Positions 18,877-28,091 of a stretch of 64,000 nucleotides of DNA are shown in pieces. Source of the stretch: an uncultured Candidatus Saccharibacteria bacterium (GTDB lineage Bacteria; Patescibacteriota; Minisyncoccia; Phycocordibacterales; UBA9973). Under the pieces are notes generated by a model. It did no database searches. It saw only the letters and a program-made list of their open reading frames with translations, and was not told where the DNA came from. The DNA lies in NCBI GenBank assembly GCA_964441495.1, contig CAYTXV010000003.1:3137-67136 (forward strand). Reading direction: 5' to 3'. Both the position numbers and the translations under genes were made by a program. How positions within the stretch are numbered: the first letter of the stretch is position 1; each line of letters starts with the position of its first letter.

Positions 18877-19482
18877 CTAGGAAACCGCGAGATAGATACT
18901 CCAGCGCTTACTGCCGCGTTTGGTGATCTTGCCAGACTCTACAAGTGCGCCGAGTTCGCGTTGGATAGTCTTTTCGCTCACATCCGGAAACAGTGCGGCG
19001 ATGTCTTTTATAACGACTGATTTGCGCTGATTGATAAAAGACAATATATCAGACTGTCTTTTATTTTTTTGTTCATTATTTATATTGTTTTTTTGAATTG
19101 TCTGATATGAAGATACCTGAGAAAAAGACATTCGGGCGGGTGTCTGTGGTACCTGCTCTGTCTCAAAGAGATGTGCGATAGTGCTTGTATCGGCACCGAG
19201 GCGAGCACGGTATGCGAGGAGTTCTTGACTGATGAGAAGTGCGTTTTGTTGACGGATAATACCAGAAAGTACTGCTACCTCTAGGAGAGCAAGGATATCT
19301 GCGATGAGTGTTCCACTGTAGTCTTGTACGGATGCAAAGGCAACAGCCTTGTGTCTGAGTGCGTGTTTGATCGGATCTGCATCAGGGACATGGTTGGTTA
19401 CAAGATAAATCGCTGCGGATATTTTGTGTCCTTTTGATTGGTGAGGTGTTGATATAGCTTTATTTTGGTATGTTTTTTCCAT
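18877..19482 (-). CDS. Putative transcriptional regulator with C-terminal winged-helix (DeoR-like HTH)
   Basis: C-terminus ILSFINQRKSVVIKDIAALFPDVSEKTIQRELGALVESGKITKRGSKRWSIY; start trimmed to ATG 19482 (MEKTYQNK). Confidence 0.6.
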   Translation of the reverse strand: MEKTYQNKAISTPHQSKGHKISAAIYLVTNHVPDADPIKHALRHKAVAFASVQDYSGTLIADILALLEVAVLSGIIRQQNALLISQELLAYRARLGADTSTIAHLFETEQVPQTPARMSFSQVSSYQTIQKNNINNEQKNKRQSDILSFINQRKSVVIKDIAALFPDVSEKTIQRELGALVESGKITKRGSKRWSIYLAVS

Positions 19483-19634
19483 AATGTCCGTGACTTTTAT
19501 ACTGTCTTTTATAAGACAATCATATCGGACAGTATATGGGACAGTCACTACTTCCACAAGTGTATCCGTGTGTCCAAATAATCCTTATATTGCAATGGTT
19601 TTTTACTTGAGCGAGTGTTATACTCTTGTAACGA

Positions 19635-21797
19635 TTGACTATGGCCAAACCCAAGAAAAAAGCCAAACAAGAAACAGGAAGTCGGACCAACAAAGTAGTA
19701 CTTGGTCTTGTACTTATCCTTATCGCACTCGTTGTTGTTGGTGGTATGGCAGGAAGTGCAGGTGTTGGTGGATTTCTCCTATTTAAACTCTCCTACGGAC
19801 TCCTTGGCACAGGGAGCGTCATCATCCCGATCGCGCTCGGTACTGCGGGGATATTCATCCTTCGCAACAAACGCTTTGAGGTGACATCTCGCGAAATCAT
19901 CAGTGGTTCTATAGGGCTCATCTCGCTACTAACCCTTGTTGCAATCGGCAACCCAAGTTATGGCGGACTCCTTGGACGACTCGTATCGATACCACTTGTC
20001 GGTGCGTTTGATACAGTGTTTGCAACGATCATCCTTCTCTTTGTTGTGGTGTGCTCGTTTGCTATCTTCTTTGATCGGACACCGAACCTCTTCCCATTCT
20101 TTAGTAGTATCTGGGCTCGTATCCGCGCACTCTTTGCGCAAAAAGAGCACGCTGAAGTGCTTGACGATACTACAGGGCTTTCTCCAGAAGATGCGCAAGA
20201 AGACACCTACCAAGAACCTGAGCAAGCTCAGCCAGCGGTAGCTGCAAAAGCAGCTCCGGTCAAGATAACCGATGCTTCAGCAAATGAGCTCGTCATCGAT
20301 ACCAAGAAACGTCCTGTATCATACGGCACCTATACCCCACCACCACTTTCACTCCTTGAAGGAGATCGCGGCAAAGCAAACGTCGGGGATGTCAAAGCAA
20401 ACACCAACATCATACGCCGGACCCTTGGCAACTTTGGGATTGAGGTTGAGATGGATGAAGTCACCATCGGCCCAACTGTCACTCGCTATGCGCTCAAACC
20501 AGCCCAGGGCGTCAAACTCTCGCGCATCGTTGGGCTCCAGAACGATCTCGCGCTCTCCCTTGCTGCACACCCGCTACGTATCGAAGCACCGATCCCAGGC
20601 AAATCACTCGTCGGTATCGAGATACCCAACAAGACCAAAGCAACTGTGGGACTCGCAAGCCTACTTGCTGATCCTGGGTTCACCGGAAGTACAAAACCTC
20701 TCACTGTCGCGCTCGGACGCAACATCGCTGGTAAACCAGTCCTCAAGAGCGTCGCGAGTATGCCGCACCTCCTCATCGCTGGTACCACTGGTTCTGGTAA
20801 GTCCGTGACTATCCATGCAATCATCGCATCACTCTTGTACCGACATGGACCTGACGATCTGCGATTTATCTTTGTCGATCCTAAGCGCGTCGAACTCACC
20901 CTCTACAACGGTATCCCACATCTCCTGACCCCAGTACTCACCGATCCCAAAAAGGCGATCCTCGCGCTCAAATGGGCAGCAACAGAGATGAACCGCCGCT
21001 ACGATATCCTTGAGCAAGAATCAGCCCGCGACATCACTTCGTACCACAAAAAGTACGCTCAAGACTTTGCCAAAAACAGCGAAGATGGTCCTGAACGCAT
21101 GCCGTATATCGTGATCGTCATCGATGAGCTCGCCGATATCATGCAGGCGTTCCCACGTGAACTCGAAGCTGCAATCGTACGTCTCGCACAGATGTCTCGT
21201 GCGGTTGGTATCCACCTTATCCTTTCGACCCAGCGTCCAGAAGTCAACGTCATCACCGGTCTCATCAAGGCAAACGTCCCAAGTCGTATCGCGCTCCGTG
21301 TCCCCACAGGTATCGACTCTCGCACCATCCTCGACACGACTGGCGCCGAGAAACTCCTTGGGCAAGGAGACATGCTCGCAATCGTCGGCGAGAACCAGCC
21401 TGAGCGCCTCCAGAGTGCCTTTATCACCGAGGAGGAAGTAAAGAGTGTCGTGAAGTATCTCAAAGATGCGTTCAAAGACGACATCCGCGACACCATTGAA
21501 CTCTCTGGAAACGTTTCTCCTGGAGACCGTCCAATGTTTGGAGATTCTATGGAAGAAGACGCTGACGACCCCCTCTACGAAGATGCTCGTGCGTGTGTCA
21601 TCGAGGCAGGCAAGGCATCGACTTCATACATCCAGCGCAAGCTCCGCGTGGGCTATGGCCGCGCAGCGAGACTCATAGATATACTCGAACAACGAGGCGT
21701 GATCGGACCTGCAGACGGTGCCAAACCTCGGGTGATCCTCGAGGGTGGTATCAAAGACGCAGTCAGCGATACTGTTGCAGAAGAAATGGGTATATAA
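19635..21797 (+). CDS. ftsK: DNA translocase FtsK/SpoIIIE
   Basis: N-terminal TM helices; Walker A GTTGSGKS; VIVIDELADI; C-terminal gamma wHTH (SYIQRKLRVGYGRAARLIDILE). Confidence 0.93.
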   Translation: MTMAKPKKKAKQETGSRTNKVVLGLVLILIALVVVGGMAGSAGVGGFLLFKLSYGLLGTGSVIIPIALGTAGIFILRNKRFEVTSREIISGSIGLISLLTLVAIGNPSYGGLLGRLVSIPLVGAFDTVFATIILLFVVVCSFAIFFDRTPNLFPFFSSIWARIRALFAQKEHAEVLDDTTGLSPEDAQEDTYQEPEQAQPAVAAKAAPVKITDASANELVIDTKKRPVSYGTYTPPPLSLLEGDRGKANVGDVKANTNIIRRTLGNFGIEVEMDEVTIGPTVTRYALKPAQGVKLSRIVGLQNDLALSLAAHPLRIEAPIPGKSLVGIEIPNKTKATVGLASLLADPGFTGSTKPLTVALGRNIAGKPVLKSVASMPHLLIAGTTGSGKSVTIHAIIASLLYRHGPDDLRFIFVDPKRVELTLYNGIPHLLTPVLTDPKKAILALKWAATEMNRRYDILEQESARDITSYHKKYAQDFAKNSEDGPERMPYIVIVIDELADIMQAFPRELEAAIVRLAQMSRAVGIHLILSTQRPEVNVITGLIKANVPSRIALRVPTGIDSRTILDTTGAEKLLGQGDMLAIVGENQPERLQSAFITEEEVKSVVKYLKDAFKDDIRDTIELSGNVSPGDRPMFGDSMEEDADDPLYEDARACVIEAGKASTSYIQRKLRVGYGRAARLIDILEQRGVIGPADGAKPRVILEGGIKDAVSDTVAEEMGI

Positions 21798-21798
21798 T

Positions 21799-22200
21799 AT
21801 GAAGACCACCACACGTATGCAGCTACGACTCACACTTCGATCTGGACTCTACATTATCGGCGGGATCGCCATCCTCGCACTTGTGTGGATAAACATGCGC
21901 GACAGCATCCTCGGCACCCCGCTCGTTGTCCGTACAGCACCTGATGGTACGACACTCACCTCTGCAGTGCTTCCTATCAAAGGCAGCGCGCGCCATGCCC
22001 GAGAACTCCTCATCAACGGCAGACCAATCACCATGAACCGTGACGGTTCGTTTGCAGACGAGATACTGCTCTCTCCTGGATACAACATCGTCGAAGTCGC
22101 ACTTCGCGATCAGTTTGGTAATCAAAAAACAAAAACATATCAGTTTGTCATGAACCCCGCGACAACTGTTGCGGTCAATCCTGACACGCCTTATCAATAA
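21799..22200 (+). CDS. Hypothetical membrane-anchored protein with small beta (Ig-like) ectodomain
   Basis: Start trimmed to ATG 21799 (MKTTTRMQLRL), just past the ftsK stop; one TM helix (LYIIGGIAILALVWI). Confidence 0.55.
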   Translation: MKTTTRMQLRLTLRSGLYIIGGIAILALVWINMRDSILGTPLVVRTAPDGTTLTSAVLPIKGSARHARELLINGRPITMNRDGSFADEILLSPGYNIVEVALRDQFGNQKTKTYQFVMNPATTVAVNPDTPYQ

Positions 22201-22215
22201 TCATTTATATTCTGT

Positions 22216-23268
22216 ATGCCCAAAAAAGCTTCAAAAGAACCAAAAACAATGGATCGCTCATCGGTAGAAGAGACGATCCGCTCTATCCAAACCAAGTTTG
22301 GTGAAGGTGCAATCATGAAGCTCGGCGAAGCTCCAAAAGTCGACATCTCTACTATCCCTACCGGATCGATCGGACTCGACATCGCGCTCGGTATCGGTGG
22401 ACTGCCTCGTGGACGTATCATTGAGATCTTTGGTCCTGAATCATCCGGAAAGACTACCCTTGCCCTCCATGTCGTTGCAGAAGCACAAAAGATGGGAGGT
22501 ATCTGTGCATATATCGACGCAGAGCATGCGATGGATCCTGACTACGCTGCAAAGATCGGCGTCAAAATAAATGAGCTCCTCATCTCGCAGCCAGATACTG
22601 GCGAGCAAGGACTTGAGATCTGTGAATCGCTCGTGCGCAGTGGCAAGATAGACGTCGTTGTGGTTGACTCAGTTGCAGCACTCACTCCCAAAGACGAGAT
22701 CGAAGGCGACATGGGTCAGCAACACGTCGGCAAACAAGCGCGCCTCATGTCACAAGCGCTCCGCAAGCTCACCGCGATCGTCCACAAGTCCAAAACTATC
22801 GTGATATTTATCAACCAGATCCGTATGCAGATCGGTGTCATGTTTGGCAACCCAGAGACGACTCCAGGTGGCAAAGCGCTCAAGTTTTATACATCAGTGC
22901 GTCTCGATATCCGTCGTATCGCTCAAATCAAAAAGGGTGAAGAAGTGGTCGGCTCTCGCACTCGCGTCAAAGTCGTCAAAAACAAAGTCGCTTCCCCGTT
23001 CAAACAAACAGAGTTTGACATCATCTACGGTGAAGGCATCTCGCTCGAAGGCGAACTCCTCGCACTCGGTGAGAAGCTCGGCGTCATCACCAAAAGCGGT
23101 ACGTCATACACGTACAACCCTGATGGTGGCAAAGAAGAAGTGAAACTCGGCCGTGGCTATGATGCGTCACGCGTGTTCATGCGCGAGAACCCCAAAGTCC
23201 GCGACGCGATCACCAAAGACGTCCGCAAGCGTATGAAAGAGGTCGTAATGGAAAGCTCTGGAGAATAG
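22216..23268 (+). CDS. recA: Recombinase RecA
   Basis: [19 protein letters not shown] Walker [32 protein letters not shown]. Confidence 0.97.
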   Translation: MPKKASKEPKTMDRSSVEETIRSIQTKFGEGAIMKLGEAPKVDISTIPTGSIGLDIALGIGGLPRGRIIEIFGPESSGKTTLALHVVAEAQKMGGICAYIDAEHAMDPDYAAKIGVKINELLISQPDTGEQGLEICESLVRSGKIDVVVVDSVAALTPKDEIEGDMGQQHVGKQARLMSQALRKLTAIVHKSKTIVIFINQIRMQIGVMFGNPETTPGGKALKFYTSVRLDIRRIAQIKKGEEVVGSRTRVKVVKNKVASPFKQTEFDIIYGEGISLEGELLALGEKLGVITKSGTSYTYNPDGGKEEVKLGRGYDASRVFMRENPKVRDAITKDVRKRMKEVVMESSGE

Positions 23269-23435
23269 ACTTTTCCCTCCTCTTGGGCTACAATCTCACC
23301 GTTATTAGGAACAAAAAGGTGTGTTCCAAAAAATGCCTTGCGCAGGCTGACTGAGCCGAGCAGAGCAAGAATCCAGCAGGATTTTATGCGAGCATTTTGA
23401 GGAATATACCTTTTTGTTTAATTACAAAAACTATT

Positions 23436-24020
23436 ATGGCAATGCTTGAATACAACGAAGTGCGCGAAAAGAAGATTATCCTCTGGGAGGGACAGCCGTA
23501 TGAAGTGATCCACTCACATGTGTTTCGCAAACAACAGCGTAAGCCGGTGAACGCTACCAAGATCAAAAACCTCATCACTGGACGTGTCGCTGAGATCTCA
23601 TTTGGTTCATCTGAAAAGGTAGAAGAAGCAGACATCATGACACGCCCAGCGCTCTACCTCTACAAAGCAAAAGGTGAAGTCTGGCTCTGCGACCCCAAAG
23701 ACCGTGCAAAGCGCTTCTCTCTCAAAGAAGACGTTGTTGGTGAGAAACTCAAATTCATCAAAGAAAACACCGAAGTTGAACTCATCATCTTTACCGACGA
23801 GGACGACGAGGAACAGGTCATCGGTATCAAAACACCAATCAAGGTTGAACTCAAAATCACCGATGCCCCACCATCGATCAAAGGCTCAACCGTGACTGGT
23901 GGCAACAAAGTCGCAACAGTCGAAACGGGTGCAACAGTCCAAGTCCCCCTCTTCATCAACATCGGTGAAACAATCCGTATCAATACCGAAACCGGCGAGT
24001 ACGTCGAACGAGCGAACTAA
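23436..24020 (+). CDS. efp: Elongation factor P
   Basis: Start trimmed to ATG 23436 (MAMLEYNEVREKKIILWEGQPYEVIHSHVF...); three-domain EF-P length; C-terminal GATVQVPLFINIGETIRINTETGEYVERA. Confidence 0.9.
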   Translation: MAMLEYNEVREKKIILWEGQPYEVIHSHVFRKQQRKPVNATKIKNLITGRVAEISFGSSEKVEEADIMTRPALYLYKAKGEVWLCDPKDRAKRFSLKEDVVGEKLKFIKENTEVELIIFTDEDDEEQVIGIKTPIKVELKITDAPPSIKGSTVTGGNKVATVETGATVQVPLFINIGETIRINTETGEYVERAN

Positions 24021-24028
24021 TCACGCAC

Positions 24029-24059
24029 TAAAAATCCCGTCAGTTTGACGGGATTTTTT
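24029..24059. terminator. Bidirectional rho-independent terminator (efp / small minus-strand ORF)
   Basis: ATCCCGTC-agtt-TGACGGGAT stem flanked by AAAAA and TTTTTT. Confidence 0.8.
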
Positions 24060-24237
24060 CATGATAATCTATTGCTTTGTTGATTACGCGTACTGAGGCG
24101 CAGAGCGTTGCCAGGAAAAAAAGTGCTTTTAAGGTTTTTATAAAAATCAAACCTAAAACAACGCTTAAAATAAGCCCACTAACACCTAACATAAGCATAT
24201 TGCCGTATCTAGTACGCAAACGATCGTTTTTATCCAT
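24040..24237 (-). CDS. Small hypothetical membrane protein (65 aa, two hydrophobic helices)
   Basis: ATG 24237 (MDKNDRL...); own TGTGCTATAGT promoter 18 nt upstream and own terminator; no homology recognised. Confidence 0.45.
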   Translation of the reverse strand: MDKNDRLRTRYGNMLMLGVSGLILSVVLGLIFIKTLKALFFLATLCASVRVINKAIDYHEKIPSN

Positions 24238-24255
24238 TGGTAACAAATTTGCGAC

Positions 24256-24266
24256 ACTATAGCACA
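24256..24266 (-). promoter_or_regulatory. Extended -10 promoter (TGTGCTATAGT)
   Basis: Minus strand TGTGCTATAGT immediately downstream of the rpsR terminator. Confidence 0.45.
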
Positions 24267-24292
24267 AAACCGCCCAAAATGGGCGGTTTTGT
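24265..24292. terminator. Rho-independent terminator of the rpsF-ssb-rpsR operon (bidirectional shape)
   Basis: ACCGCCC-aaaat-GGGCGGT stem flanked by AAAA / TTTT. Confidence 0.8.
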
Positions 24293-24303
24293 CTAAGGGG
24301 TGG

Positions 24304-24504
24304 TTAGTTTGCAACGAATGGGAGGAGTCCCATAAATCGTGCACGCTTCACTGCCTCGGCAAGCATACGCTGGTTCTTGGCTGCAAGTCCAGTGCGCTTG
24401 CGGTTCAAGATACGACCGTTTGGATTCAAAAATCGCTTGAGATTTTCGACATCCTTGTAGTCAATGAACCGGATGTTGTTTGCGTTAAAGTAATCTTGTT
24501 TCAT
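24304..24504 (-). CDS. rpsR: 30S ribosomal protein S18
   Basis: [50 protein letters not shown]. Confidence 0.95.
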   Translation of the reverse strand: MKQDYFNANNIRFIDYKDVENLKRFLNPNGRILNRKRTGLAAKNQRMLAEAVKRARFMGLLPFVAN

Positions 24505-24513
24505 ACGTACTGA

Positions 24514-24972
24514 TTAAAACGGAATGTCTTCTAAATTGATCTCTTCGTCAGGGTATTCGATCGTGTCGATATCAGGTGCAGCATCTTTTTGTGGTGCTTC
24601 TGCGTCGCTTGGGCGATCTGTCATTGGTGCACTTGGACCCATTGAGCCTTTGGGGCCAAACTGGAAGTTTTCAAGGATGATTTCAGTACGGTACTTTTTG
24701 CTACCGTCTGGAGCATCCCAGCTTCGTGTCTGGAGTCGTCCTTCTACATAGAGCGATGAACCTTTCTTGCAGTACTGCGCGATAAGGTCTGCGGCTCTCG
24801 CAAATGCGACGACGTTGTGGTATTCGACACTTTCCTTTTTGTTCCCCTGGGCATCTTTCCAGCTTCGATTTGTGGCAAGCGAGAAACTTGCAACACGAGT
24901 ACCTGCAGGGAGTGATTTGATCTCTGGATCGCGCGTAAGGTTACCAATGATGAATACTTTATTGAGATACAT
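24514..24972 (-). CDS. ssb: Single-stranded DNA-binding protein
   Basis: Start trimmed to ATG 24972 (MYLNKVFIIGNLTRDPEIKSLPAGTRVASFSLATNRSWKD); acidic tail ending DIPF. Confidence 0.92.
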   Translation of the reverse strand: MYLNKVFIIGNLTRDPEIKSLPAGTRVASFSLATNRSWKDAQGNKKESVEYHNVVAFARAADLIAQYCKKGSSLYVEGRLQTRSWDAPDGSKKYRTEIILENFQFGPKGSMGPSAPMTDRPSDAEAPQKDAAPDIDTIEYPDEEINLEDIPF

Positions 24973-24976
24973 ATGT

Positions 24977-25495
24977 TTATTGTGCTGATGAATCGGTAGA
25001 TTCTGAAGCGGAATCAACTTCGAGGTCAGGAAGTTTTTCGTGCTCTGCCACCTCTCCTTGTGCTGCTTCTGCTTCACTCGCCGAGATGAGGGCTTCCATT
25101 TCTTCCTCGCTCAAGGCGGTTTCGCGTTTCGCATCTACTTTTGGCTTTTTAAAGACAATCGTATTTTCGACGCTTGTCTTTACTAGTATATACCGGATGA
25201 GGTCAGTATTGCCATCGAGAGACTTTTTGAGTCCTTCGAGTGCTGCAGGATCAGCTTCAAACTTGATCCAGCCAAAGTACCCCTGACTCCACTTCATCTT
25301 CTTGCTTGCGACGTCTTTTTCCATCGTATAGGCAAGGTCGATAAACTCTGGAGCTCCTTCACTCTGGACGCTCCCACCGATTGTGGCGATTGCTCCAGTA
25401 AGCCCTGCAACGACTCCTGCAACCGCTGATTCGTTGGTCGTCGGAGTGATGAGGTAGCCAAGCTCGTAGAGACGAGTTGTTGTTTCTGTTGACAT
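24977..25495 (-). CDS. rpsF: 30S ribosomal protein S6 with long acidic C-terminal extension
   Basis: RLYELGYLITP S6-like N-terminus; canonical rpsF-ssb-rpsR synteny. Confidence 0.75.
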   Translation of the reverse strand: MSTETTTRLYELGYLITPTTNESAVAGVVAGLTGAIATIGGSVQSEGAPEFIDLAYTMEKDVASKKMKWSQGYFGWIKFEADPAALEGLKKSLDGNTDLIRYILVKTSVENTIVFKKPKVDAKRETALSEEEMEALISASEAEAAQGEVAEHEKLPDLEVDSASESTDSSAQ

Positions 25496-25645
25496 TGAAA
25501 TATTTGCTTTTTTGATAATTAAAGACCTGCTTCGGACATATCCTATGGCAAGAGGGTCTACTAGACTCCTCGGCCGCTCTGGGCAAAACCCGGGCCACCA
25601 TAGGAAACAGGGCTACGGGTCGTATACTACCCTACTTTGGGAGGT
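25496..25645 (-). promoter_or_regulatory. Candidate promoter (GGTAGTAT) and ~140-nt structured 5' leader of rpsF operon
   Basis: Minus strand GGGTAGTATacg -10-like box; CCTATGG...CCATAGG 7-bp helix enclosing GC-rich internal stems; no ORF. Confidence 0.3.
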
Positions 25646-25689
25646 TTGTAAAATAATAGAATTTAGTCTATAGTTTCGAAAAAACTCTT

Positions 25690-25869
25690 ATGTTAATCAA
25701 AATAACCAAATCAAGCGAGTTATTTGCGAAGTTCAAAAAAGAAGGTGTTTCAGAAATTTTGAAACCAATGTCAGAGACCTTAACTATTTTTTTAAATAAA
25801 GTTACAAAAGATAGCCAACGGTTAAGCGCATTGTCTGAAATACACGCAAGAAAAATAACTTTACGATGA
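25690..25869 (+). CDS. Possible small protein (59 aa) in AT-rich islet
   Basis: Hand-found ORF just below the track cutoff: MLIKITKSSELFAKFKKEGVSEILKPMSETLTIFLNKVTKDSQRLSALSEIHARKITLR; TATAGT box 15 nt upstream; abuts tatD stop. Confidence 0.3.
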   Translation: MLIKITKSSELFAKFKKEGVSEILKPMSETLTIFLNKVTKDSQRLSALSEIHARKITLR

Positions 25870-26652
25870 TTAGATCTTAAAAAGATGTTTACTATTTTTA
25901 AGTAACTGCTCTTGGGTTTCTTCAAGCGGCAGTTTTTTTATTTCAGCTATTTTCTTCACCACCTCTACGACATACGCAGGCTCATTTCTTTTGCCACGGT
26001 ACGGCAGCGGTGCCGCAAACGGCGCATCAGTTTCTGGGAGGATGCGATCGATTGGCACGCTTTGCACGAGGCTTTCATACTCGGGAAATATTGTGACTAC
26101 ACCAGAAAACGAGATATAAAATCCGAGGTCAACAAACTGCGCTGCGATTTCTTTACTTCCTACAAAAAAGTGCGCTGTGCCTCGCATACTCGACCATGTG
26201 TCTCTGTACTCCTTGAGTATCTCAAGCGCATCCTCGTATGCATCCATGGTGCCCTGCTTGGGACGGATGTGGAGCATGAGTGGTAGATCGTGCGCACGTG
26301 CAAGTTCAATCTGCGCAACAAAAACCTCTCGTTGTATCGCACTACGCAGTCGATCTTCTTCGCGGAAGTAATCAAGTCCGCACTCACCAATCGCAACAAC
26401 ACGTGGCGCTTGTGCAAGTGCTATAAATGCATCTCTATCAAATCCCTTCTCCCACTCAGTCGGATGCTGTCCGATACATGCCCAGATACAGTCGTGGGTG
26501 GCCGCAAGCATTACTGCGTGCTCACTCGTCTCTATATCGATACCAACACAGATCGTCCCAACACCTGCTGCCTGCATCCGTAGGATAGCGTCCTCTCGAT
26601 CATGTGCGAACTGGTGCAAGTTCAAATGTGAATGTGTATCGATCGTGTGCAT
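25870..26652 (-). CDS. tatD: TatD-family metal-dependent hydrolase/DNase
   Basis: Start trimmed to ATG 26652 (MHTIDTHSHLN...), just past the metG stop; IGECGLDY, LMLHIR, ETDAPF motifs. Confidence 0.88.
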   Translation of the reverse strand: MHTIDTHSHLNLHQFAHDREDAILRMQAAGVGTICVGIDIETSEHAVMLAATHDCIWACIGQHPTEWEKGFDRDAFIALAQAPRVVAIGECGLDYFREEDRLRSAIQREVFVAQIELARAHDLPLMLHIRPKQGTMDAYEDALEILKEYRDTWSSMRGTAHFFVGSKEIAAQFVDLGFYISFSGVVTIFPEYESLVQSVPIDRILPETDAPFAAPLPYRGKRNEPAYVVEVVKKIAEIKKLPLEETQEQLLKNSKHLFKI

Positions 26653-26653
26653 G

Positions 26654-28087
26654 TTAGCGTCGAACAAACAGTGGCGTGTCTGGCTTTTTGTTTTCTTTGA
26701 TAAGCTCAAGTATCTTTTGTGCAGTAGTTGGGAGAAATGGTCTGAGCGCACGCGCGATGAAGTACAAGTCTGAGACAAGTTTGTGTATCATTTCTTTCCC
26801 TTTTGATTCGTCTTCTTTGATCACAGAGAACGGCTTTTCATTTGCGATGTACGCATCGAGCTCTCCGATCCCTGTCCAGATCTCATTGATAGCTTTTTGC
26901 AAATCAAATGCGTTAAACGCATAGTCGTACGGGAACTCTTCGTGTGCTTCTGGTGGGACAAATGCTTCGCAATATGTCTGAGAGAGCGTCATGATGCGCG
27001 AGACGAGATTGCCGAGACCGTTTGCAAGGTGTGCATTGTACGCATCACGAAACCGCTCGATGGTGAACGGACTATCTTCAAAGCTTGAGATTTCTTTGAG
27101 GAGAAACATGCGAAGCGCATCAGTACCGTACTCCTCTACGAGTGCGAGTGGATCGACAGTGTTGCCGAGTGTTTTGGACATACGAACCCCACCCTCTGCA
27201 GTGACAAAGCCGTTGACGATGACCTGCGCAGAGTTGGGAAGGTCAGCTGCAAGGAGCATCGCCTGCCACATCACTCCCTGGAACCGAGTATTGTCTTTGC
27301 CGCAGTACTGTGTCGGTGTACCCTCTTGCCAATACCGAGTAAACTGCTCAATGTTCTCTGGCCAACCAAGCGTCGAGATGTAGTTGGTAAGTGCATCAAA
27401 CCACACATACATCACATGCTCATCATCCCCTGGCACTGGGATACCCCATGACATTTTTGATTTGAGTCGTGATATAGAAAAGTCTTCGAGTCCACGCGCA
27501 ACAAATGCTTTCATCTCGTTGAACCGAAACACGGGAACGATAAATGTAGGATGTGCTTCATAAAACGCAAGCAGTTTGTCTTGGAGTGCAGAGAGTTTGA
27601 AAAAGTAGTTTTCTTCATCGATGGTCTCAAGTGCGGTACCTGGATGGAGCGGACACTCACCAGCAACAAGTTCTGAATCAGTCTTTTCTGCTTCACACCC
27701 GACACAGTACTTGGCATGATAGGTCTTTTTGTAGATATATCCGTTGCGCGCAACCCGCTCCCAAAAGGCTTGTGCTGCACGTATGTGTGCTGGATCAGTC
27801 GTCCGGACAAAGTGCACATCCTCATGTATCCCAAATGCACGCACTTGTGCTCGAAACACTGCGTATGCCTCATCGACAAATGTCTGTGCGTCTTTGCCTG
27901 CATCGAGCGCTTTCGTATATATCTTTTGTCCGTGTTCATCGGTCCCTGTGTTGAAAAACACATCATAGCCTTGGAGCTGTTTGTACCGCGCGATAGTATC
28001 TGCACGTACAAATTCAAGTGCGTGACCCATATGCAGTGGCGCGTTTACATACGGCAATGTTGTCGTGATATAGAAAGGTTTGTTCAT
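26654..28087 (-). CDS. metG: Methionyl-tRNA synthetase (minimal form)
   Basis: FYITTTLPYVNAPLHMGHALE (HIGH), KMSKTLGN (KMSKS), CVGCEAEK...CPLH zinc knuckle. Confidence 0.95.
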   Translation of the reverse strand: MNKPFYITTTLPYVNAPLHMGHALEFVRADTIARYKQLQGYDVFFNTGTDEHGQKIYTKALDAGKDAQTFVDEAYAVFRAQVRAFGIHEDVHFVRTTDPAHIRAAQAFWERVARNGYIYKKTYHAKYCVGCEAEKTDSELVAGECPLHPGTALETIDEENYFFKLSALQDKLLAFYEAHPTFIVPVFRFNEMKAFVARGLEDFSISRLKSKMSWGIPVPGDDEHVMYVWFDALTNYISTLGWPENIEQFTRYWQEGTPTQYCGKDNTRFQGVMWQAMLLAADLPNSAQVIVNGFVTAEGGVRMSKTLGNTVDPLALVEEYGTDALRMFLLKEISSFEDSPFTIERFRDAYNAHLANGLGNLVSRIMTLSQTYCEAFVPPEAHEEFPYDYAFNAFDLQKAINEIWTGIGELDAYIANEKPFSVIKEDESKGKEMIHKLVSDLYFIARALRPFLPTTAQKILELIKENKKPDTPLFVRR

Positions 28088-28091
28088 AGGA

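Noticed and set aside
23269-23435. Small hairpins (GGAACA...TGTTCC and ATCC-agca-GGAT) after recA, considered as a terminator or riboswitch before efp
   Set aside because: The stems are short and lack a proper U-tract on the plus strand. There is not enough signal to call anything beyond an ordinary intergenic region with a possible TACAAT promoter.
25668-25925. 85-aa minus-strand ORF from the track
   Set aside because: It overlaps the 3' end of tatD in another frame and is low-complexity and AT-driven. The plus-strand 59-aa ORF is a marginally better candidate.
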